A stretch of DNA of 64,000 nt from Octopus sinensis (lineage: Eukaryota), in contig NC_042999.1 of NCBI RefSeq assembly GCF_006345805.1, positions 6,076,001 to 6,140,000 on the forward strand, in the 5' to 3' direction. The translations under genes and the position numbers were made by a program. How positions within the stretch are numbered: position 1 is the stretch's first letter; every line of letters starts with the position of its first letter. The notes beneath the pieces were generated by a model that saw nothing but the letters and a program-made list of their open reading frames with translations, did not search any database and was not told the DNA's origin. Below are positions 12,638 to 22,960 of the stretch, one piece after another.

Positions 12638-13022
12638 TCTATATATATATATATATATATAAAGCTGAAGTTGTCTGTGTGTGGCAGGTTTGGTAGCCTT
12701 CAACTAACACTATCTCCTCTGAGACCTTGCGGCACAAGTTGACCAAAATTGAGAGCATGATAGAAGAAGGATTGCTCTTCCTTACGTAGAAGATAAAATT
12801 CAAATAGGACCATGTTAACATCAAAAAGGTGCTTTTTTTCTATGAAAATCCCTATTTTTTACGATTTTTTTACTAGTGTGTCGCCATTTTTCGGTGTATT
12901 TCAACCAGAAAATGTTCGCTTAAAGAGAATAACAAGCTACATAATGCCAAATTTTTACTTTTCAAAGATTCCAATTATAAAGGGTGGAAACAAACCCGAG
13001 CAACGCCGGGCGATACTGCTAG
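12638..13022 (+). mobile_element. Complete non-autonomous Helitron (385 bp)
   Basis: Starts TC after A12637, ends CCCGAGCAACGCCGGG hairpin + CTAG (13019-13022) before T13023; A^T insertion with no TSD. Confidence 0.9.
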
Positions 13023-13452
13023 TTTGAATAGAAATGGTTCTCTGCTTCCGTTGTAACGCATATTCCGATGTCTGTACTTTCGTTAGGCTAAAATCCAGTG
13101 AAACCACGCCGAGAAACTAATGTCTAACCTATAAACGTTCTCTCTCTCTCTCTCTCGCTCTCTTTCTCTCTTTCTATCTCTCTCTCTCTCTCTCTTTTTT
13201 CTCTTTCCCTCTCTCTCATACACACCGTGAAACTAAAGTCTAACCTACAAGCGTTCTCTATTTCTCTCTCTCTCGCTCTCCTTCTCTCTCTCTTTCGCTC
13301 TCTCTTTATCTCTCCCTCTATCTCTCTCCCCCTCTTTCTCGCCCCCTCTTTCTCTTTCTTTCTCTCTCTCTCTCTTTATCTCTCTCTCTTTCTCGCTCTC
13401 CTTCTCTCTCTCTCTTTCTCTCTTTCGCTCTCTCTTTATCTCTTTCTCGCCC

Positions 13453-13483
<31 letters not shown>

Positions 13484-13654
13484 ACACACACACACACACT
13501 TCCACTTTCTCTTTCGAACTTTTTAATCTCTTGCATTTTCGTATTATTTTTATTGTTTTTCCTTAAAAAATAGTTTGAATATGTTTTTAAGCTGTCAGTG
13601 TTAGCAATGCATTAATGTTTTTTCATTTCATAAGACAACTAAAAGAAGGCCGCT

Positions 13655-13672
13655 GCACACGCGTGTGTGTGT

Positions 13673-13704
<32 letters not shown>

Positions 13705-13968
13705 ACGTGTGTGTGTGTGTGTGCGCGTGTGTGCGTGTGTGTGCGAGCGTGTGTGTGTGTGTGTGTGCGTGTGTGTGTGAGCGTGTGTGTGTGTGCGTGC
13801 GTGCGTGTGAGTGCGTGTGTGTGTGTGTGAGCGTGTGTGCGTGTGTGTGTGTATGTGTGTGCGTGTGTGTGCGTGTGTGTGTGTGTGTGAGCGTGTGTGC
13901 GTGTGTGCGTGTGTTTGCGTGTGTGTGCGTGTGTGTGTGTGTGTGCGCGTGTGTGTGCGTGTGTGTCG

Positions 13969-13999
<31 letters not shown>

Positions 14000-14005
14000 T
14001 GTGTG
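13655..14005. repeat. (GT)n/(GTGC)n microsatellite; CT-rich tract upstream at 13138-13500
   Basis: Direct inspection. Confidence 0.95.
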
Positions 14006-14642
14006 TTTATTTTCGTTTGATATGAACCGACATCCATAACTACTCTCAGAAAAATTACATTTTACCAAGTTTACTTGTTGCATTTTTCTTGTTTTGTCAT
14101 TTTGTCAACCCAAAAAAACCCTAAGAACATTTGTGCTCTCGCGTCATTGCGCTCGAATGAAAAACAAGACTTCTTTCTCGGATTTTTTTTTCTTTTTTAC
14201 CTATATATCTTTACAAACATTATTTACTATTCACTCACAATGGTTAATCCGGGTGAATAGGAGTAACAGTCAGAATGTCAACGAGTTCAAAAGAAAAATT
14301 GAAAATAAATTCTAAATACTTTCTAAACATAAAATAGTGTTTTTAAAACCCATTAAATGAAGAAACCGAAGAAAATACTGCAGATATTTATACTTTGACA
14401 AATTGAACAGATAATCTTTAGCAAGCGCAAATTATAACAACCGAAACAGAAGTAGCAACATAAGCAGCCTATCTTTTGCCAGCGTTGCAAGCCAGAGGGA
14501 AACACTTGACATGGACTAGCTCCTAAAATAAAAATGTAGATGAGGTATTCTGTTGTGTCTGGGGAGAGTCATTTTCTTTTTGGGCCTTGTAATTTAACAC
14601 ATTCACCGGTAAAATTTCCACTTTTTTCTTATTTTTATTTTC

Positions 14643-14679
14643 CTAAAATTTTCGTTGCGTCTTGCAACCTTTTCAATAA
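14643..14679 (-). ncRNA. Candidate minimal type-I hammerhead, U3:A8 core variant
   Basis: Minus strand TTA-TTGAAAA-G-GTTGC(AAGAC)GCAAC-GAAA-AT-T-T-TAG: 5-bp helix II, palindromic helix III AATT, only a 3-bp helix I. Confidence 0.4.
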
Positions 14680-14743
14680 TCTTGACTCTGTCCGCTAGTT
14701 ACACTGCGTTCCCTTTTGTTTGTTTGTGCGCATGTGTGTGGGT

Positions 14744-14781
<38 letters not shown>

Positions 14782-15151
14782 TGTGTGTGCCTATATATGC
14801 ATGCATGTACGTATGATGAGATATGTCACAAAACATATCGCCTCTTTTCTCAACGGATACATCGATAAAAAGGGAAGAATGTGACACATCTATTTCTAAA
14901 ATGGACTTAGGTTGCGTTTCGTAGATACAATGTGGAGACTTGTAGTGAAACGAGAGAGAGCGAGAATTAATCGAGAGTGGGAAGAAAAAGAAGAATCTCC
15001 CAAGATGGGCGATGCGATCATCCGAAAAGTAGTTTAACTTCTGAGGGAAGATTATCGATGGTTGGAGTTGCCTGGGGGAAAGGAAAACCATTTCGTCCTG
15101 GAATAGAAGGAATTCGAGATTTTCCTCCAGATTTTCTCTCAGAATGATTTA

Positions 15152-15568
15152 GGCGCAGGAGTGGCTGTGTGGTAAGTAGCTTGCTAACCAACCACATGGT
15201 TCCGGGTTCAGTCCCACTGCGTGGTATCTTGGGCAAGTGTCTTCTGCTATAGCCCCGGGCCGACCAATGCCTTGTGAGTGGATTTGGTAGACGGAAACTG
15301 AAAGAAGCCTGTCGTATATATGTATATATATATAAGTGTGTGTGTATATGTTTGTGTGTCTGTGTTTGTCCCCCTAGCATTGCTTGACAACCGATGCTGG
15401 TGTGTTTACGTCCCCGTCACTTAGCGGTTCGGCAAAAGAGGCCGATAGAATAGGTACTGGGCCTACAAAGAATAAGTCCCGGGGTCGATTTGCTCGACTA
15501 AAGGCGGTGCTCCAGCATGGCCGCAGTCAAATGACTGAAACAAGTAAAAGAGTAAAAGAGTAAAAGAG
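15152..15568 (+). mobile_element. SINE family A, full length
   Basis: GGCGCAGGAGTGGCTGTGTGG (A-box-like)..GGTTCAGTCCC (B-box-like), CORE-like CTTGGGCAAGTGTCTT, internal (TA)n, tail (GTAAAAGA)n. Confidence 0.9.
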
Positions 15569-15894
15569 AGAGACTCTTGATGAGAACCCAATAAGGTTCG
15601 AAAATCAGTTAAGGCTGTTCATCATTTTCTTCAGTCTGCGGAGACATGCTAAAATTTGCTCTGTTTATAATTTTAAATGGCGGTGCCCCAGCATGGCCAC
15701 AGCTCGTGAACTGAAACTAGATGAATTTTTTTTAAATAACCACGATCGAATTTTAAGGTCCACCAAGGCTAAGTCCTTGGCCCCCTCCTAATTATTATAG
15801 TTTCCCATGCTATAATAGAGGGGTTTAAAATTGGCTGCTGATTAGAACTCCGCTATGCTGATAACTAAGTTCTGATATCCGGATGTAAAGTTAG

Positions 15895-16020
15895 ATGTTA
15901 GCAGAGAGAAGACTGCGCAGGTACGGACATGTGATGAGTATAAGAGGATGAGAGCCGTATCAAGAAGTGTAGGGCATTCAAAACTGATGGAGCTTCGGGA
16001 AGAAGCGAAGATAATTAATT
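15895..16020 (+). mobile_element. RTE-type LINE C-terminal fragment
   Basis: ERRLRRYGHVM.. then, after a frameshift, EDESRIKKCRAFKTDGASGR. Confidence 0.55.
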
Positions 16021-16582
16021 TGAGGATGAAGTGTCACCGTGGAAATCAAAAAGGACCGAAATAATTGACCCACGATGCAAGAAGGGCGAAATGTAAGTTA
16101 AAAATAATAGAGGTGGTTGTGGGGTGGGGGACACATCTGCTTTTGGTTCTCTAACTTAATAGTCCAAGTTAAATCAACGTTCGCAACTTCCCCTGCTTCT
16201 TGATGACCTCGTATGTTTCTCTATCTGTCTCTCTCTTTCCCTATCTGTTTGTCTCTCTCTTTCTCTCTCTCCGTCTCTACTTCTCTCTCCCCCTCTCTCT
16301 CTTATTCACCATAATGAAGAATAGTATTGGACCTGTATGTAGCCACTCCCCCTACCACCATCCTTATCACTGTATCTCACCATAAAACTTAGATACACAT
16401 GTATAACATGTATATGTGTACATACACACATACACACATGTTTGTGTGTATGTATTCATTCTTACCTCTTGTTTTTTTTCCTTTTTATTCCCTCTAATCA
16501 AGCCTCCAGAAATTCACCACACTCATACAAAACACACACACACACACATACATACAAACATGCATACATACATACATGCATT

Positions 16583-16620
<38 letters not shown>

Positions 16621-16684
16621 CACATATAAATCCAAAATGATAAAAGAACACTCCATTCAACTCCATGTAATTTCAACTAACTTA

Positions 16685-16760
<76 letters not shown>

Positions 16761-17202
16761 ATATATAACTTTTCTGTAAAGACAATTCCTGATGATTCTC
16801 CGAAACTAGATGAAAGAGCTATCCAAAATTATCCAAAATTATCCCCAGTCTTGACTTTCCCCCTTTTTTTATTGTATAAAACCTGTACACCACTTCAAAC
16901 AATCTATAAATATACATACACACACGTGTGTGTGTATATGTATAGATTGTTTGAAGTGGTTTACAGGTTTTATACGGTGGTGGAAGTGAAAGAGTGACAG
17001 ACAATTATTCTTTGCGTCGTTGTCTTTGAGTTCGAGTCCCGCCGGGATTATCTTGCTTTTCATTCCTCTAGGTTTATCTACTGAATGGGATGATTGGAGT
17101 GAAACTTGGCTGCTATTTCTAATAAATCAAGCAACCAAATAGACGCTTCTGCGGTAACTCATTATTTTGTTTTGTATTTTATCATGGAAATTATTATTAT
17201 TA

Positions 17203-17454
17203 TAACGTGCTTTCACTTCACTACCGAGCGCAGCTCTGTGTGCCTTGGGTATGTGCTGTAGTTTGCTGTGATGCTCTGATGGTTACTGTATTGAAAGTGT
17301 TCTGCGTAGGATGTGTGCAGTGCCTAGTAGCGTAATTTTCTGTGTTATATGTGTTTGTAAGTCCTGGTGCTTTTGTTATGTATTTGTCTGAATATTTTTT
17401 TATCATGCCTAATGCACCTACTATGATAGGAATTGTTTCTGTTTTTAGATTCCA

Positions 17455-17456
<2 letters not shown>
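17203..17456 (-). mobile_element. R4/Dong-type 3' fragment (family 4)
   Basis: ORF 17221-17457 MWNLKTETIPIIVGALGMIKKYSDKY.., near-identical to 5598-5870; (TTA)n flanks. Confidence 0.85.
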
Positions 17457-17520
<64 letters not shown>

Positions 17521-17521
<1 letters not shown>

Positions 17522-17927
17522 GAGTGAAAGAGCAGTTCATGCCATCAAAGTGACACTGGGGTAAAATATACGAAGCCCAATATACCCTTCATGACTACCT
17601 GTCTGATAAGGGTACACCAGGCACATGCATCACAACCATATGTGCGCGACATAGTGATCTCATATCAAGATAAACAGCACATGACCTTGCAGGTGGGGCC
17701 CAGTTAGAATTTTCTTCATGTTGAGTAGCCCATCCCGCTCAAACGGTCCCTGAATAAGGGTTGTTTAAGGATGTTGAACGAAACACCCATGTTTCCAGAG
17801 GTGAATTATTCAAACCCCAAAGAATCCCTCTCAACACGTGGCTATGATGCTCCCCCACTACTTCTGCTCGTGATCAGAGATGCACATATCGTCAGCCACT
17901 AAGGGACATGCTCAACTGGTTACGGTC
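17521..17927 (-). mobile_element. Element E, 5'-truncated, inside (TTA)n
   Basis: Same sequence as 4692-5100; lacks the GCAT-terminal ~150 bp. Confidence 0.85.
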
Positions 17928-17928
17928 A

Positions 17929-17988
<60 letters not shown>

Positions 17989-18197
17989 TATTATTATTAT
18001 TATCATTATCATTATCAGTATCATTATTATTATTATTATTATCATTATTATTATTATTATTTTATTTTTCAGCGGGAAGCTGCAAACTGATGCAATGAGA
18101 ATAATGTTACCCAAACTGGTGTAATTTTTAATATTAACCGAAACCAAGGTTGTGAGAAATAAAAAAAACAACAAACAACGAGAAACGCAAAGGAGAT

Positions 18198-18686
18198 ATG
18201 GGATCGGTCATTAGCAAGAATGGTTTTTCAGCCCTTAGTTCCCAAACTAATAAACTTGACTCTAGAGAACCGTTGAACGAATCGAAATCTGATATGAAGT
18301 CCTCGAATCATTCAGAAAATGATGTCGTTTCTGGTAACAATTGGGACTACGGCACCTGTTTTACATCTTGGTCTGATGACGTCACTTATAAATACTTGGA
18401 TGATATTCTGTGTGACGACTTGGAGTATAATATAGTTCCAGGATTTAATAGCTACTCGCAGACAAACGCGGATATGTGTTCCGACCTTGAAGATAGTTGT
18501 GAAAATACTCCTTCGTCCAATTCAGCATCGGAGAAACAAAAACTTAAATCGACCTCAGATTCAACCAATTCTTGTCTTGAAGAACAACACCGGCGAAACT
18601 CTGAGGATAATTCATTTTTAGATCTTGAAAACCAAATTCTCCAGGAATACAACGATGCCAAAGGAACACGGCCATTACTTTCAGAG
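18198..18686 (+). CDS. Candidate first coding exon of an unknown host gene (163 aa, acidic Ser/Asn-rich, N-myristoylation motif MGSVISK)
   Basis: The only long non-repetitive ORF without a TE motif. Donor GAG|GTAAAT at 18687, pyrimidine tract and acceptor AAAG| at 18750. Confidence 0.5.
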
Positions 18687-19159
18687 GTAAATATCACTGA
18701 ACTGCTTTTTTTTTTTTAACTTGTCCATTTTAACGTTAATTCTTTAAAAGGTGCAAATACTCGGAGTAGAAGAGTAATACAGATGAACGTGTTTGCATTA
18801 CTCCTCGCCTCTAAAGCACCAAAACTTTATTGCAGTTTATATTATTAAGCAAATGATGAAAATCTCTTATGGAGTGGTGGTCACTTAGTCGTAAATATTT
18901 CAGAATCATTTGATTTACTGTTTATTTCTAGCACAAAGTTTAACTGAGGCACTTCAAATTTATGGCGGTGACCAAAGAAGCAATGAAATTCCAGTTGTAA
19001 ATTGGAATGCAAGACTTAAGAATTGGTAACCAATACCACGCCTATTCCCGTATTACTTCTAATCTTCATACAACCAAGATTCGAAACCAGTTTGCTGGCT
19101 TGGCGCGTTTTAGTGGTTTACTTTTAATTATACTGCGATGTTTATCACTTGATTAACCA

Positions 19160-19305
19160 TTGTGAAGGACGTAGCTTGGTGGTTACAGGATTCGGCTCAC
19201 AATCGATTTCCAGCGGCGGTGCATTGTGTCCTTGAGCAAGACACTTTATTTCGCATTGCTCCAGTCCATTCAGCTGGCAAAAATGAGTTGGACTTGTGTA
19301 CTTAA
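19160..19305 (+). mobile_element. SINE family D fragment (tRNA/CORE-like)
   Basis: TGTGTCCTTGAGCAAGACACTTTATTTCGCATTGCTCCAGTCCATTCAGCTGGCAAAAATGAG matches 59905-60155. Confidence 0.6.
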
Positions 19306-19774
19306 GAACCAAGGCGTAGTGTGAGATAGGGGAACGTGTTTTGTACAAAATTGATCATAGCCAAAAATAAGGCGTTTGGTACAAAAATAAGCCCGTTGAG
19401 TATTTTATCGTGGTACCAACACTAGACAGGTTGTCATATTGGACCCCTGTCCCTTCAATCCTAGATTGGGCAGTCACGATTTGGTATGGCCATCACTCCT
19501 TGATGGATTGCCTTCCTAGTGATATGGCCTCATATCCATATCAACTCTACATTGGACAATCGCGATTCGGTGTGACCATCACTTCTGGACGGGTTACTTT
19601 CGCTACTGATATAAAAACCAGATCCCTTTTGAGACAGGTTATAGATAAGCGACTGCAAGAAGAAATAGACACAGAGAGGGGGAGAGAGGGGGGGAATAAA
19701 CGAAAATAGAGCAGATTGAATGAAGGACAGGATGATAAAAGATAGCAGAAAGAAGTATGTAAATAGGAATAAAA

Positions 19775-20090
19775 GACAATTGCAGCGTGGAAGGTGTTTA
19801 TAAGCCATTTAAGAAACACACAAAAGCCGTTCGATTCACTTCAACATTTAAATTTAATTTGTCAAAATATTTTCGTCGCTTTCAGACTCAGCACGAAGTT
19901 TTGTCAGTGAACAGGTCGCGGTCTCAAAGCGACGAAAATATTTTGACAAATTAGATTTAAATGTTGAAGTGAATCGAACGGCTTTTGTGTGTTTCTTAAA
20001 TGGCTTACAAACACCTTCCACGCTGCAATTGTTTACATTCCAGCACACGATCTCAGATCAAGTCACTCGCTATGCAAGTACATCTCCGTA
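19775..20090. repeat. Foldback (~110-bp arms, 19775-19884 / 19925-20033) of a PLE-like terminal repeat
   Basis: The arms are reverse complements with about 2 mismatches; a related copy lies at 44130-44365. Confidence 0.85.
19900..19950 (+). ncRNA. Candidate minimal type-I hammerhead, G3:C8 core variant
   Basis: TTTGTCA-GTGAACA-G-GTCGC(GGTCTCAAA)GCGAC-GAAA-ATAT-T-T-TGACAAA: perfect 7-bp helix I, 5-bp helix II, palindromic helix III AATATT. Confidence 0.6.
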
Positions 20091-20347
20091 AATGAATAAA
20101 AGAATTTACTTTTAAATAGATGATCAAATAAATAAGTCAAAATAGTAAACGAAAGAGATCAAAATACTTTTTCACTGAAAGAAATTCGGGATTAGATATT
20201 TCAAAAAACCAACTGAAATTGATTTTTATAACATTTAACACATTCTGTGGTTATTATAAAGATTTGTGAATTAATCATTTGAGGGTTTATACCAAGTTAT
20301 CTATGGCTACTGATGGGGTTGTGTTCGGCCGGAAAGCACAAGAAATC

Positions 20348-20755
20348 TTTTACTATTTTTACTTGTTTCAGTCATTTCACTGCGGCCATGCTGGAGCATC
20401 ACGCTTAGACGAGCAAATCGACCCCAGGTCTTATTCTTTGTAAGCCTAGTACTTATTCTATCGGTCTCTTTTGCCGAATCGCTAAGTTACGGGGACGTAA
20501 ACGCACCACCATCGGTTGTCAAGCGATGTTGGGGGGGGGAGAAAACACAGACACACAAACATATACACACACACATACATATATATATACATATATACGA
20601 CGGGCTTCTTTCAGTTTCCGTCTACCAAATCCACTCACAAGGCTTTGGTCGGCCCGAGGCCATAGTAGAAGACACTTGCCCAAGGTGCCATGCAGTGGGA
20701 CTGAACCCGGAACCATGTGGTTTGTAAGCAAGCTACTTACCACACAGCCACTACT
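20348..20755 (-). mobile_element. SINE family A, near full length
   Basis: Reverse complement of 15152-15568. Confidence 0.9.
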
Positions 20756-20958
20756 ACGACTTTTACCGATTCTTCCGTCCAATGCGCTCTAATAAGATGA
20801 ATTTCTAATATTGGTGCGGTGCCGTTATGAATTTAGTGATCGGGGGTGGGGTGATGGCAGTGTTGAACAAACGAGTTGTAAAAGTTCACCCAAAATTTTC
20901 AACGCGCCATAAAAATATATATATACTTGCCAGTTTCATTTCCTGAATGTTAACAATA

Positions 20959-21121
20959 GGCGCAGGAGTGGCTGTGTGGTAAGTAGCTTGCTTACCAACC
21001 ACATGGTTCCGAGTTCAGGCCACTACGTGGAACCTTGGGCAAGTGTCTTCTACTATAGCCTCGGGCCGACCAAAGCCTTGTGAGTAGAATTGGTAGACAG
21101 AAACTGAAAGAAGCCCGTAGT
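20959..21121 (+). mobile_element. SINE family A, 5' half (interrupted at its (TA)n spacer)
   Basis: Head and CORE-like domain present, followed by a Helitron-like 5' end. Confidence 0.85.
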
Positions 21122-21138
21122 ATATATGTATATATATA

Positions 21139-21660
21139 TCTATATATATAAAACTGAGAATGTATGTCTGTCTGTCTGTCTGTCTGTGTGTTTCCCTAAA
21201 ACTTGAGAACTACGCAACCAATTTCATTCAAATTTTACACGTGCCTTACTTAAGGTCCGGGAAGTGTCATCGGCAAAAACAAATTTAACTTTTTCCCTAG
21301 GGAGACCCCACAGCAATATCATATCTTCTCCACTATTTCAGTATTACGTGTTAAAAGTGAAACAAAAACATCTCTCTATTGTAATGCAGACATTCACTTT
21401 AATACTGAAACTATTAAAGTGAAGGCATTATATAACAGGGATGAACCATTAACAGCAGTCATCCATTTTGTTAGAAGATCCGCTATGGTCTTATATGCTA
21501 CACCACTGGTTTTCAATTCATATTAATCAAATTAATATTCAATTTTTCACCCTTATTGTGTGTGTGTGTGTATGTATTAGCAATTCGTATAAAATTGCAT
21601 CAATGACTTGAACTTCAGTAAGTGGTTTCACATAAAGTGGGATAAATTAAAAAGGTTTGT
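21139..21660 (+). mobile_element. Helitron-like 5' end (3' terminus not found)
   Basis: A^TCTATATATATAAAA..(GTCT)n..AACTACGCAACCAATTTCATTCAAATTT, the same 5' architecture as 12638 and 28978. Confidence 0.6.
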
Positions 21661-21959
21661 TATTATTATTAATGTTTGACTATTGTAATCACATTTGTTG
21701 GTTCCTCGTCAGGGAAACGTTGTTGTGTTGCATTTGTTAAATAATTGTAAACCGTAACCCTCCCCCTTTGGTTATTGTTTAAAAATTGAATTGTGTCCCA
21801 GTTTGGGGAAATTGACAATATTTTCATCGTCTTTACGGAAGCATTTTTGTTAAAATGCCTTCGATAGAAGAAAGTCCAAAAATGAATTTCGCTGCAGCCG
21901 TACACTTCTATACAAGAGGGAGGACAAGATCCAATTGATCGAAATTGCAAGAGACGGGC

Positions 21960-22330
21960 CTACAATTCCAGTTTGTTATATATTTTGAGTATTGTTATCA
22001 CTAGCGATATCAAGATATAACTTGGACTCCACCTGTACTTGCTTGCAATGATTCATTCCTGAGAGTATGAGACCTTCGGGCCATTTGACATTGGGGAAGT
22101 TGAAATCACCCATAAGAAATATGGTCACGTGGTGTTCCAGATTCATGAGGATTTCTCGCTCTGGCCGACATTGGGGCGACTGTACACAGCTACCAGCCCA
22201 CAGTCGACGCTATGGGTCGGGTCGGGTTGGGAGAATTTCCATTATATATTGAGAACTATAGCGCGAAGCCAGCATAAAAAAACAACCCTTCCTCAGTTGT
22301 TGGTTATTTACCTACTCCGCATTGCGAGCA
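21960..22330 (-). mobile_element. CR1/L2-like LINE APE endonuclease fragment
   Basis: Minus strand AVYSRPNVG.. and IFLMGDFNFPNVKWPEG. Confidence 0.65.
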
Positions 22331-22960
22331 GTGCAACAAGATGCGTCTTCGTCAAAGCAATTGCTCCCCCAAAGCAAATTAAATAAAATTTGAGATACGT
22401 GGAACGTCAAAGCTGCTAACAAAAACAGGACAGAGAAAACATTCGGGAAGAGCTGTTTAACCCTAACGAGGTGAAGTGGTGAACGCTGGAGAAAAAAAGC
22501 TTTGTCAACAGACAGACAAGAATGCGTGTAATAGTTATAAACTGAACGAGAAGAAAAAGAATTACATTTAGAAATAGAGATCTATAATTATTGAGGACAG
22601 AATTTCAGTTAGAAATAGGGAACTATAAATATTGTATTATGCATAAAGTGGTGGCTTACATTCGGGGCTTCCAATTTCTCTGTAAATTATAAGATAGTCG
22701 CAAAATCATCGCACATGTCACCATCGATTACAAACACCGGTGGAAGATAAAATTTCCAGAGGACATTCTTGTTCTTTCGTTTGTACAAGGATCGTATTAT
22801 GATTCGGCTTAAAATAAATTATAGATACAAATATAATGTATAGAAATATATAAAAACCAGAATAGAAAATAAACGTCTTAGGCATATAAAATGAGATAAC
22901 ATGAGATATCAAGGTGTTATAAACTTGAAACCTACTAGAATATCATAGATTATATATATA

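Noticed and set aside
16784-16812. CTGATGA-TTCTCC-GAAACTAGA hammerhead-like motif
   Set aside because: No helix II can form, U16.1 is absent and there is no helix I; at most a dead remnant.
19410-19709. ORF containing YIGQ as a GIY-YIG nuclease
   Set aside because: It lacks the upstream GxY-type motif and downstream R..EH/N residues, and overlaps a repeat arm.
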